Shown: positions 49,900 through 64,000 of the stretch, piece after piece
Layout: each line of letters opens with the position of its first letter
Position numbering within the stretch: the first letter of the stretch is position 1
NCBI RefSeq assembly: GCF_009914755.1
Contig: NC_060940.1
Reading direction: 5' to 3' (one strand)
Source of the DNA: the human T2T-CHM13v2.0 reference genome, Homo sapiens
DNA length: 64,000 nucleotides
Notes under the pieces: generated by a model
What the model was told of the DNA's origin: nothing
Database searches by the model: none
What the model saw: the letters and a program-made list of their open reading frames with translations, nothing else
Translations under genes and position numbers: made by a program

Positions 49900-51145
49900 T
49901 CTGAAAAACAAAAAAAACATTTATTTCTGTAAACTGTCTGAGTGCAGAGATGTTCTTTACAATCCCAATACAGTACAGATTTCTTCCCCAAAACGAAATG
50001 AGCAAGGAAAAACAGAAAAAGAGCTATATCAAATGTGCTCATGAAGAACCAAGCCAATCTCACCTTTCTTTAAAAACAAAACAAAACGATCCTTTTGAAT
50101 GTGTGGTGCAGACGCAGGACTGAAGCCACAGGCTTTTGGGGTGCTGTGAGCCCAGGGCTTTGCTCAGCTCACAGCTAGCGCGGCGGGCAGAGCAACCCTT
50201 CGGCCCAAGCCATCCTCGCAGCTTGCACAGAAGCTTCCTGAACCTAAGGGATCCGTTCCCAGCTCTCCTTAAATTCCCAGTCCCCACCCTGGGCCTCTCT
50301 CCCTAACGATCTTGTCGCTTTGGGAGCCCCTGAAGTGAACCCTGAAATACTCCCTCCGTCAACTCTGGGCTCAGACCTTTGCCCTTCTCTGTGTCACAAG
50401 GAAATTTCGGTCAAGAGGGTGGGAACAGGTGGTTTCAGACCGTGCAGCAAAGCCACTGCCAGGTAAGTTTTAAGGCAAATTTTATCTCTTCTTATTCAGT
50501 CTGAGCCGGACCTAACCTTCTCACCACCGAGCAATCCTGCCTATGCTGGACATGCATCTTGGGCAACTCCGGATGGAGGTGGGATGAGGGAGCCCGGGGC
50601 AGATACCAGGAGGTCTGGGCCTTAGTAGGGAATGGACGTGTGTGCTTATGAAGGCTGCAGGCACCGGGCACAGCTCCTGGCCCAGCTGCCCCTCAGTGGT
50701 ACACAGGAAGCAGGGCCCAGGAAAACTGAGATGGCAAAATAGGCCCGGGCTCTGGAAAGCAACGTGAGGTCATGCAGATCTCACTAGGCAGACCTCGTCG
50801 CGTGGAAGAGAAATGCCAGGAAAAGGGGTCACTGCAGGAGGCACCTCGGATCTGATGGCAGGCAGGACCTTGCATCAAAATGACTTTTCTTTAGAACAAA
50901 AAAGAGGGGGAGAAAAGAAAAAGAAGATCAAAGAAAGAGGTTCCATGAGCGTCATGAGATAGGACGCGGCAGGGTTCTAAGGGAAGCGGGAAGGTGGGGG
51001 CTGTGGACACAGGGTGGCGGGCGCTGCCTCTCATGGCTTCTTTTCTCCCTGGTGGGCTGGTGGGCTAGTAGCTGAGGCCGGCGGTCCTCTCCCCCGGGGA
51101 GCAGGCAGATGACTTTGGCAAGGGGTGGTGTGGCGGGGGCTGGGG
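49900..51145 (-). other. COTL1: COTL1 3' UTR (~1.25 kb)
   Basis: Repeat-free sequence between the TAA stop and an AATAAA signal; the cleavage site is inferred ~20 nt downstream of the signal. Confidence 0.88.
49920..49925 (-). terminator. COTL1: COTL1 polyadenylation signal AATAAA
   Basis: TTTATT on plus strand. Three upstream UGUA motifs (49958-49977) and U-rich downstream sequence, including a T run at 49851-49864 on the minus strand. Confidence 0.88.
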
Positions 51146-51256
51146 TTACTCCGTCTGGGCGTCGTAATTGGCTCCCCCCGCCTTCTTCAGCTCGCTCTTG
51201 ATGAAATCTTCCTCCAGCTCCTTCCGATCACTGATCACAAACTCCTTAGCGAAATT
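51146..51256 (-). CDS. COTL1: COTL1 terminal coding exon (residues 107-142 of coactosin-like protein, ADF-H domain C-terminus, includes Lys131 implicated in 5-lipoxygenase binding)
   Basis: Minus-strand translation NFAKEFVISDRKELEEDFIKSELKKAGGANYDAQTE-TAA matches the recalled C-terminus of human COTL1. It is preceded by a polypyrimidine tract and CAG acceptor (AG at 51258-51257), with a phase-0 intron. Confidence 0.98.
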   Translation of the reverse strand, partial: NFAKEFVISDRKELEEDFIKSELKKAGGANYDAQTE

Positions 51257-51293
51257 CTGCAAGAACAAAGGAAAACACAGCGTTCCTATTAAG
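51257..51293 (-). promoter_or_regulatory. COTL1: 3' splice site of last COTL1 intron (branch point TTAAT, pyrimidine tract, CAG)
   Basis: Minus strand reads cttaataggaacgctgtgttttcctttgttcttgcag|AAT; YTNAY branch candidate ~32 nt upstream of the AG. Confidence 0.85.
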
Positions 51294-51371
51294 AAGGAAG
51301 GCACAGGATGTGAGGGTGGCTCAGGCAACACACTGGGAAGCAAAGCACTGAAAACCCTGATGAGAGATGGA

Positions 51372-51444
51372 AATGGAAATTCAGCAGCAGAGTCAGTCAA
51401 TGGAAATTCAGCAGCAGAGTCAATGGAAATTGAACAGCAGAGTC
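51372..51444. repeat. Tandem repeat, 3 x ~23 bp
   Basis: aatggaaatt(cag/gaa)cagcagagtc at 51372, 51399, 51422. Confidence 0.9.
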
Positions 51445-52309
51445 ATCTGGCAGAAAAAACCTGACTGGGAGGAGGGAGTGGGGCAGATCTGATGCTGCGT
51501 CTTCCCATGTCCGTGGGGATGGCCCGAGGAAGCTGGGGCTTGAATTTGGGCTGTTACCTTGGCCAAGTCCCTTCAATTCTCTGTGCCTCAACTTTCTCAT
51601 CTGTAAAAAACTATCTCGTCAGGAAAATAATAGGTTACGAGGTTGGAAAGGCTCACGGGTGTGCAGGCACTCCAAAAAAAAGAAAAGGACAAAAGCTCAG
51701 ATTGGTGTCTTTTGCCCATATCCATGATGTAAATAGTCCCCCAGTGGCTGACGTCAAGCTATCAAAGTGATGTCACCATACGTGGAGGTGGAAGGAGACA
51801 GGCGTAATTGGCTCTCGCCAGCTGGGACAAGCAAGCTTCAGCCACCAATGTTCCTAATGACGCAGGAGCCTCCAGTCCTGGGTCTGCCATGGGCTCTCCA
51901 CCCGCACTGAGTTACACGAGGGTAGAGGCTCTGCCTTCTTTCAACAAATACCACGCCAGGCTGTGGGGCTACAGGGCTCAGCAAAATGGATGCAGTCAGT
52001 CTTTCCTCTTGCAGTACACAGGTTTCACCCATAGAACCCGCAGGCACCCATGATGCACTCAGTAAACGCTTGTGGCATGAATGAGGGAACCAGGTGACCT
52101 GGCTTATCAGACACCCTTAAGCCATGATGATACACAGTTACTGCCATATGTGGATCATAAGACTTTAACAAACAAAATTTCAGAACGATGACGGACAGCT
52201 TGACAAAAAAAAGCTATCAAAACCACAAATAACACGTCTAAAGGTAAGAAAATCATCCACATTAAAAAAAAAGCCCATAAGGAAATAACATAAACAATGA
52301 CCACCATTT

Positions 52310-52596
52310 TTCTTTTTCTTGAGAGAAAAGCCTGTTGCCCAGGCTGGAGTGCAGTGGCGCAATCTTGGCTCACAGCAACCTCTGCCCCCAGGGTTCAAGC
52401 CATTCTCATGTCTCAGCCTCCCAAGTAGCTCGAACTACAGGCGTCTGCCACCACACCCAGCTATTTTTTGTATTTTTAGTAGAAGCAGGGTTTCGCCACG
52501 TTGGCCAGGCTGGTCTCAAACTCCTGGCCTTAAGTGATCCGCCCAGCTTGGCCTCCCAAGGTGTTGGCACTACAGGCGTGAGCCACCACGCCCGGC
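52310..52596 (-). mobile_element. Alu
   Basis: Antisense dimer. Confidence 0.92.
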
Positions 52597-52679
52597 TAAC
52601 CACAATTATTAAGCACTTATGTGTACCAGCACAGTGCCACAGTACTGAGAATGACACACAGTAGTAAATATGAATCATG

Positions 52680-53690
<1,011 letters not shown>

Positions 53691-54295
53691 ACAAAAAAGT
53701 CGCCATATTGCCAAGAATGATGAGCCCAGGAGCATCCTGAAGTCAAGCTTTACAATAAAAAGACAATGCATTTGGCGCGCAAAGCCACTGAGAACACTAA
53801 CAAAGTGGAGAACGGGAGGTTAATTTTTATCAAGCAGCTGATGTGTGCCAGGAACAGCCTCACTCATGTTCTCGTTCAGCCCTCAGTATATTAACTTTAT
53901 TTTATTTTACTTTTTGAAGATAAGACTCATGGGCTGGGCTTGGAGAGATTTGCCCAGAATGACAGAACACCCTTGAGATCCTTTCTGTTCCCACCCCACT
54001 ACAGTGTGTTACTAAGTGTATGTGATCCGTGCAATGAAAGAACACAAGTTGGATGTAAGAGCCAGAAAGGAGAATTGAGAATTAATGTATTTCTCAACCC
54101 TGAGCCCCACGGCATGAGGGAGGGGCAGAGAGCTTTCAGAAGGAGGAAGCCAACAGCTTAAGATGCTTATAGAAGAAAAGTCCAAAGTTCCTCTGCTTTG
54201 TGATAGCTATATATGGCAATCTACAGAAATAAGAACACTTGAAGTTCCAGTCGGTTAGCTATTAGAAGATTTAGATTAAGAAAAATAAGTTTGAG

Positions 54296-54649
<354 letters not shown>

Positions 54650-56771
54650 CTAAAACCACAAGTACTTAGGAAATCAAATTATAATGAAACAAAAACAAGC
54701 AAAACAGACAGCAGATCTAGTAAAACATAACAATAAATGTAAATTAACAAAATTATCTTTAAAAATGCTATGTTTCAAACTACAAAAAAAAAACCCTCAA
54801 ACCTTGTACTACATACCAGAGACATATTTAAAATCAAAAGATTAGCAGAAAAATGATTCCAAGTTATACAAACAAAAGTATATACAAAAGCAACCATATG
54901 ATCTCTGAAAACATTTAAAGCAAACTGAGTCTCACAAGATAAACAGGGTCATCCTGCAACTTGATAACCCTCCTGGCTCAGCTGATGTTCTTTCCTCTCT
55001 GCTCGGTAGAAAATAGAATGGAAGGTTATTTTCCCTGTTGAAGGGCTGTTTTTATCATCAGTACTTAGAGAGGTCTTAAAAGACAAGTCGTCCAGCAATC
55101 CGATTACTGCCAAAAAGCAAAGGGTTAGAAAGCAAGTGTCTTAACACACTGAACTGGCTCATACCTAAAAGTCCTGTATTCCTATTTCGTTTCCAATTTA
55201 TCCTCAGGGGAACACAGAGAGAATGTGCAAAATTGAGTCTTCCCTCATTCCTGCTTTTTTTTTTTTTTCCTTTTTTGCCTCTTCCAATGACCAAGAAAGA
55301 CAAAACTTTAAACATTTCTGAAGATACAGTGACCATGGCCATGCTCTAGGCCCCTTTAGAACAGACCCCAGATTCTCTGTTCGGAAGAATCCTGACATAC
55401 TGCCTCCAGGGGTGGGCTGAAGACCTTGTATTCAGACATGAGCCTGTTGGCTCCCTTCACCTTCAGTCTGGCTGACAGCTGGTGCATTTGGCTCTGCTCC
55501 CCTCCTCACACGAGAGCCCCCGCCGCGTGACTGCCAAGGTGTACGGCCTGGGACTCGATGCAGCCCACGCCAGTGCAAAGCCGAGCAGAGAGAAGGGATG
55601 GACGGAGGACACTGGAGGTCCGGGCTCCCTCTGGGCCTTAGTATCACCATGGCCTCATAGACAGCAGGGTTGGTGGTCCTTAGAGGTCATCTCTTGCCCC
55701 TCAATTCAGAAGGGGAAACTGAGGCTCGGCGAGTGACACCATGAGGCTGGTTAAGCGGCAGTCATGCCCCAGCCCACTGGTCTCCACCCTTGCACCTGGG
55801 TCCGCTCATCTCTCCCCCCTGCCCATCAGCTTCCCTCCCCTCTTTGTGTCTCCTCCTCGTGCTGCTCCTGTGTCTTGTCCACCCCTTCCCCGTTCTTTGA
55901 GCCTGGCAGTGACTCCTAGCACCTTCCAAATAAAGTGTCTACATCTCCATCCAATCATCCCCCTGGGATCGGCTCCCCGCTGTCACCTCACCGGCAGACT
56001 GGTCATGCACGGGCCCATTGCCTGGACGTCACGTGGACACATGGGTGAGACGGTGAGACGGGCCTGTGACCAACAGTGGTCAGTTCCCTTGCAGCCAGAG
56101 CTGGACCCCAGCCTGCTCCTGAGTGGACACCGAGCCGCTCCCACCTTCTATAGGGCCAGCAGCAACTCTGCAGGGGCCCAGGTGGTCAGGCCGCATGGAG
56201 GGGGTACTAGCAGGCCTCCATCCTACACGGGGTGCTCCCAAGCCCCCAGAGGCTTACAAAGGTGAGCCAGCACCTTCCATTCAGGGCGTGGACTCCACAG
56301 AATGTCCCCAAAATGTCTAACCTGAGCCTCAGCCTAAAAACCAACTGAAAACAACCTCCACACCTCTTCACCTCCACGCCTTCCAGCGGCTCCCATGAGA
56401 TAAGGGAGTTGCAAGCACCACTGGGGAGTGGGCTTCATTGCATGTTTTCAAAACGAGGCAGAAGCTGAGCAAAACAGCTCTGGGCAGACAGACTCTGACT
56501 TGGGAGCAATGCCTGAAACTGGAGGGAGCCTGCGTGGAGCAGCTGAAGTCTGCCTTGCACCTGAGGCTGGAAACCAGAGGGAACATATGCATGCAAAGCG
56601 TGGCCACCCCTACACCACACACACCTCAAGACACAGCACTTGCCAGCACCCACATGCCACCAACACCCACGGGGGCAGGGGCAGGTGGCAAGACTCAGGA
56701 GGCAAGTCCTTCATCAGAAGGAGACTTCCAGGGCCTAGAGCAATGCGGACACACACAGAATGTTAATTTCT

Positions 56772-57353
56772 CTTTTTTTGAAACACAGTCTCACTCTGTC
56801 ACCCAAGCTGGCGTGCAGTGGTGCGATCTCGGCTCACTGCAGGCTCAACCTCCTAGGTTCAAGCGATCCTCCCACCTCCGCCTTCCTAATAGCTAGAAAT
56901 ACAGGCACAAGCCACCACGTCCAGCTGATTTTTGTATTTTTCTGTAGAGACGTGGTTTCGTCATGTTGCCCAGGCTGGTCTCCAACTCCTGGGCTCAAGC
57001 GATCCACCCATCTTGGCCTCCCAAAGGCCAGAATTTTGAATTTTCTTTCTTTCCTTTTTTTTCTTAGACAGGTCTCACTCTGTCACCCACGCTGCCAGGC
57101 TGGAGGGCACTGGTGCAATCTCAGCTCACTGCAACCTCCACCGCCTGTGCTCAAGCAATCCTACCACCTCAGCCACCGAAGTAGCCGGGACTACAGGTAC
57201 ACACCACCATGCCCGACTAATTTTTTTTTTTTGGTAGATAATGGGGTTTTACCATGTTGCCCAGGCTGGTCTCAAACTCCTGAGATGAAGTGATCCACTG
57301 ACCTCGGCCTCCCAAAGTGCTAGAATTACAGGCGTGAGCCACTTTGCCTGGCC
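56772..57353 (-). mobile_element. Two tandem antisense AluJ
   Basis: 56772-57027 and ~57040-57353. Confidence 0.9.
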
Positions 57354-57354
57354 G

Positions 57355-57630
57355 GGAATTTTCAATTTGCTACTAGCCACATTGAAAAATGTAAGAAAGA
57401 AACCAGTGCCATTTATTTTAATAGTACTTTATCTAATCCAATATATGCAAAATATTGTCATTTCCACAATGTAATCAATGCTAAAAGGTACTGACGAGGT
57501 CCTTTACATTCATTTCTTTTGAACCCAGACTTAGAAACGCTGTGTGCCCTCCGGGTATACGGCACACACTGATATGGCTGGGTGCGCTTTCAGGCGCTCA
57601 GTGGCCACACGTGGCCGGCAACAGCGCAGG
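57355..57630. mobile_element. MER33/MER3-like fragment
   Basis: tagccacatt..aagaaaccagtg..ccaatatatgcaaaatattgtcatttc..gctcagtggccacacgtggc. Confidence 0.6.
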
Positions 57631-57800
57631 TCTAGACAGAACATGAAAGCGTCTGAAAGAATAATGTGATCAGGCAAACAGAATCATGAATCGCAGAGCA
57701 TTAGAGCCCATCTGACGGGGGTGGACATCTGCGCCATGTCCAGATCTGGGTGGTGGCTTCAAAGGTATGCATCATGAACATTCAAAATACACAAAACTTG

Positions 57801-58050
57801 GGCCAGATGCAGTGGCTCATGCCCAGCACTTTGGGAGGCCGAGGTGAGTGGATCACCTGAGGTCAGCAGTTCAAGGCCAGCCTGGCCAACATGGTGAAAC
57901 CCCATCTCTACTAAAAATACAAAGAATTAGCTGGGTGTGAGAGGCGGGAGAATCGCTTGAACCGGGGAGGCGGAAGTTGCAGTGAGCTTAGATCGCACCA
58001 TTGCACTCCAGCCTGGGTGACAAGAGCGAAACTCTGTCTCAAAAAAAAAA
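57801..58050 (+). mobile_element. AluS with internal deletions
   Basis: Alu arms with A tail. Confidence 0.9.
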
Positions 58051-58092
58051 ATATATATATATATACATACACACACACACACACACACACAC
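58051..58092. repeat. (AT)n(AC)n microsatellite
   Basis: Directly visible at the Alu tail. Confidence 0.95.
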
Positions 58093-58095
58093 TCA

Positions 58096-58461
<366 letters not shown>

Positions 58462-58879
58462 TCATTATGTAGAGGACCAGCAACAACCCAGAGAGGGGAC
58501 GCAGTTCATCCCAGGGGACACAGCAACTTCCCGGCAGGGCCCTGGGGATGCGTTCCTGGTGCCAGCCCCACTTTCTCCCCACATCCCGCCTCCAGGGGCT
58601 GCTCTAGACTGCCAAGCCCTCGAGGCAGCTGCCACAACCTGCCAGAGACTGCACAGCAACATGTGTCAGTCTGGGGGCACCGTCACCTGTGGCTGAAGAA
58701 AGCTCTTTGTTTTGTCTGGGAACTCGGTGTCGCTCTCTCATAGCTGCCAGACGGGGGACTTCTCTTTTCTTGCCAAAGCAGGATTTTCTTCCAAGGGCCT
58801 CATCCGACGAAGTCTCACTCCAAGCGGCTGAAGCTGCTTGAATGGTTTGGAATTATGCAACCAGCAAGTGGAAGACCAG

Positions 58880-59100
58880 TTTTTTTGTTTTTCTTTTTTC
58901 TGAGACGGACTCTCACTCTGTTGCCCAGGCTGGAGTGCAATGGTGCGATCGGCTCACTGCAACCTCTGCCTCCTGGGTTCAAGTGATTCTCCTGCCTCTA
59001 CCTCCTGAGTAGCTGGGATTACAGACAACCACCACCACGCCTGGCTAATTTTTGTATTTTTAGTAGAGACGGGGTTTCACCATGTTGGCCAGGCTGGTCA
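58880..59100 (-). mobile_element. AluS, 5' truncated
   Basis: Antisense Alu ending at ggccaggctggtc; TSD-like gaagac(c/a)agtttt. Confidence 0.9.
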
Positions 59101-59318
59101 TGAATGAAGACAAGTTTTGTCCCTGTGACCTTTCTCAAGTGCTTATAGATTCATGCCTCAAAGATGCAAAATAAACATCCATCGAAACCTGTCTCCACCT
59201 TTCTGAGGAGGGTAATATAGCAGAGGGTACGGGTTAGGTACAGGGGCTCTGTACAGAGTCTAGCCATCTATTTGCAAGGCTGGATTTTAAAGTGCATGTT
59301 CTCCTGTCTTGGTTTTAA

Positions 59319-59955
<637 letters not shown>

Positions 59956-61477
59956 CCTTTTCATTTTTTAATGGCTCCCAACTGCCCAGGTTTAAACCCC
60001 AGCATGCTGGGAGCAGGTCCAGGCCAAATACAAACAGGCACCCTTGTCCACAGGCATCTCCAGTGGCCTGAGCCTCCCTGGGGACTCAACCTCCCTGAGC
60101 CTGAGTCTCCTCATCTGCAAATGCGGACAATAGCAGCTTCACATCCTAGGGCTGTTGGGAGGGTCGTATGAGCATAAAAGGGGCTTGCACACTTGATGAG
60201 AACACCTGGTACAAAGCGGAGTGCTCAACAGTCAGAGAGAATGTTCTACAGGACTGTGGGTTCACCTTCATTCTCAGGATCGTTAGGGGAATCTGAGATT
60301 TAATGAAGTTCCCTCAGTCACTCAGAGTGAAGACACAGGCAGTAGCTAGTTCCTCTTCTCATTCCTAACGTTTATTTTTTAACAAAGGGAAGTCCCAGGA
60401 ATTCCTTGGAATAACCAAGTCAGTGAAACTGGCAGACAGAAGATGACAAATCCGGCTGCAAACCCCAAAGCCAGGCCCAGGGTTAGCTTCAGGGAACAAG
60501 GAGGCCTGTCGGGGTACAAGTGTAAGGTCTGCTATTCAGGAGTGTTGCGCCTATGAGGATATTCCTAACCAATGCAGAGAATGTGGGTGCAGGGGAAGCT
60601 CCGGGGAGAAAACATGAGTGGGGATTCTTGGGCAGTTCCATTTGTGAAGTCAGGAATGCATATTTCTATGAAGTGGGGCCCAGGAGAGGAACTGATCTTC
60701 ATTGTATTGAAAGACAATGAAAGCGACACAATTTGTTCTTCCCACGAACACACATTAATAAACACCTGTCATATGCCATACACTCTCCTAGGCTCTGGGA
60801 AGTCAAAATTCTGGTACTTACTGGTCTCTCTGACAGACTGAGAATAGAAAAATAGAAGCAGCGGGCTCTGAAATGCCCGGAAGGCAGTATTTAATGGCTC
60901 TGGGCCCTGGTTTCCACCTCTGTGAAAGAAGAAGGCTGGACAACAGGGTCCCCCAGCCTTTCCCCACCAGTCATCCAGGGATCCTACACCTAAGCCTCCA
61001 GAGCACATAGACACGGGACGAAGTTCCACCAGGGACACCAGATCCTAGGGCAATGGGGAAACCTGGCATGGAAAAGTCAGCTTTGGGATCAGAGCATAGC
61101 TCTCACAATGAAGGCTGCCTGCTGGCTTCAGGTCCTTCCCAAACCCTCACAACACGGTGTGGGGACTAGAATCTCCCCTCCCGCAGGCATAAGATGGAGC
61201 CGGGGATAGACAAGACATGTGCTGGACACATGAATGTGTCTTTTCCACAAGTGGGTGATGATGACCAATAAACCAAAGACTCTGAACTGCTGAAGAAATA
61301 CAGCCACAGTCCCCAGCACCCTGAATCTTGCTAGGAGACAAGGCAATCCCCAAGGAAGAGGAGCCAAATGAAAACACACAGCTATGAAACCCACTGGGCA
61401 CCTGCTGCCAACCCCACCGAGGCCCCTACACCTCCCTCCCACAACTATTCAAAGTGCTTGAAAGACCGAGGTTTTAA

Positions 61478-61873
<396 letters not shown>

Positions 61874-62864
61874 TAAAGGGAAAAACTAACAGATCAAAAT
61901 GGCACGGGCTCGGGTTTGACAGATTCAGGAACAAAGGCACCTGTGTCAAACCCTCGTAGCTCAGGAGTGACGCGACCCTGCTGTACTTGAGGAACAAAAG
62001 CCAAGACAGAGGCACACGGCTGTATTTCGGGTGGACACAGGGTAACCATCTAATGAAGATGGAAGGCATGGTGTCCTAGAAGCACACTGTGATGTCCTAG
62101 AAGCACGCTGTGAGTGTTTTGGCCAAAACCAAATAGAGGCGGCTGTTCCTATGCCTGGATCTGTGACCCCGACAGGGCCCCTGACCTCTTCAGCATTTGG
62201 GCAACTGCCTGGAGTCTCAGGCTCGGCTTTCCTGACCACAGAGATTTACAGAAGCCCCAAACGCACCTTGCCTAATTTCTAACTACGGCTTCATCTAGAC
62301 CAGGCATGGAAAGCAAGTGGGAAACATACTCTCCTCTCTCCGGTGTCCACAGGAGACATCACAAATTAATCATGGCACTTTCCCCACCGAGTCCAGGCTT
62401 AACCTCAGAATCTCCCTTAACCCGGAGCTCCAAATAGCCCAAGCTTATTGATCAGTTGACAAGCTAGAGATTAAATCCAGGTTCAGATCTTCAACTTCTG
62501 CCCCATCAAAACTGTGCCCAGCATTTCTTATTCCTCAGCCACATCCATGTTTGGGGATTTTTCCCAAAGAAATAACAGAATTTTTAAAAAATAACAACAT
62601 ACATACTCAAAGATGTTCATTGCCAGTAAATACCAGGCTGTTTCCATTTTTCAGCAAAAGTTGGATAAATAAGTAAATACTATCTACGTAACACTTCATA
62701 TACGCCAGGCAATTATTATACATGGTATCTTATTGAATTTTCACAATTCCATGAGATATTATCATACACATTTTTCAGATGAGAAAACTGAGGACAAAGG
62801 AAGTGAAGTAGCCAGCAGATCACAGGATTCACTCCACGCCAGGGAACTCACCAGGTGGAGGAAC

Positions 62865-63428
62865 AGACACACACAGGCATGCACGCACACAAACACAGAT
62901 ATGCACACACCAACACACACACACGCAGGCATACACACACACACAGGCATGCACCCACACAAGTGTGCACACACACACACAGGAATGTACCCACACAGGT
63001 GCACACACACAGGCATGCACACACCCTCTCACACACATACATGCACATGCACATACAGGCATGTGCAGACATACACACACAGACACACAGGGATATGTCC
63101 ACACAAACGTATACACACACAGGTGCATAGAAACACAGGTATGCACACACACATACACATGCAGGCATGCATACACACAGACGCATGCACACACAGACAC
63201 ATGCATGCATACACACAGATACATGCATGCACACACAGGTGCACACAGGTATGCACACACATGCACATCCAAGCATGCGTACACACATATACACATGCAT
63301 GCACACACATCCACCCTCATACACAGGAGTGCACACACATACACATATATACACACAGGCACACACACATCCACTCCCACACACAGGCATGCACACACAC
63401 CACCATACAGAGGTGTGCACACACACAA
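62865..63428. repeat. Degenerate (CA)n/(TG)n-rich repeat, ~560 bp
   Basis: Recurrent acacacacaggcatgc / atgcacacac units. Confidence 0.95.
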
Positions 63429-63461
63429 AATGGGTATCACAGACTTACATATGTTGTACTA

Positions 63462-63805
<344 letters not shown>

Positions 63806-64000
63806 CATTTAGGAAATGTCAAGAGAAAGGACACAGGCTATATCTCTGCTCTGCTAAAGGCTGTGGCAAGGGCTCCACGGGAAGGGGCAGACCCCTCTGT
63901 GTGAGGTGGGGGGTAGTGGCTGATCACTTAGCTCCTGCATTTTGTCGGAACCCTTTCGGCAAACCACAGCGACTTAGAATAAAACCACCACGGGGCGAAG

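Noticed and set aside
51257-51400. N-terminal part of the 84-aa ORF 51146..51400
   Set aside because: Intronic read-through of the frame; COTL1 similarity begins exactly at the CAG acceptor.
51803-51814. 12-nt match (cgtaattggctc) to the COTL1 last exon, 640 bp away
   Set aside because: Similarity does not extend to either side; insufficient to call a duplicated exon.

Overview
Human (primate) genomic DNA, GC-rich and very Alu-dense (about 50 Alu copies or fragments, plus MIR, L2, old L1, MER DNA transposons and ERV/MaLR solo LTRs). The only protein-coding sequence I can support is the last exon of COTL1 (coactosin-like F-actin binding protein 1) on the minus strand: CDS 51146-51256, encoding NFAKEFVISD...ANYDAQTE-stop. 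Its 3' UTR runs to a canonical AATAAA at 49920-49925. This places the window at 16q24.1. Positions 51257-64000 are the last COTL1 intron, and 1-49900 lie downstream of the gene, towards MEAK7/TLDC1 from recalled gene order; no MEAK7 exon was recognised. Nearly all other ORFs in the track come from repeats. I found no convincing new multi-gene system. The more interesting signals are non-coding: a 40-bp GC-box minisatellite, an intact MER50-like solo LTR, a near-perfect RFX X-box palindrome, a closely spaced inverted Alu pair, a CpG-rich ancient L2 remnant, a degenerate 7SL fragment and a few candidate unannotated exons. Repeat boundaries are approximate and subfamily names are from recalled consensus sequences, not a database search.
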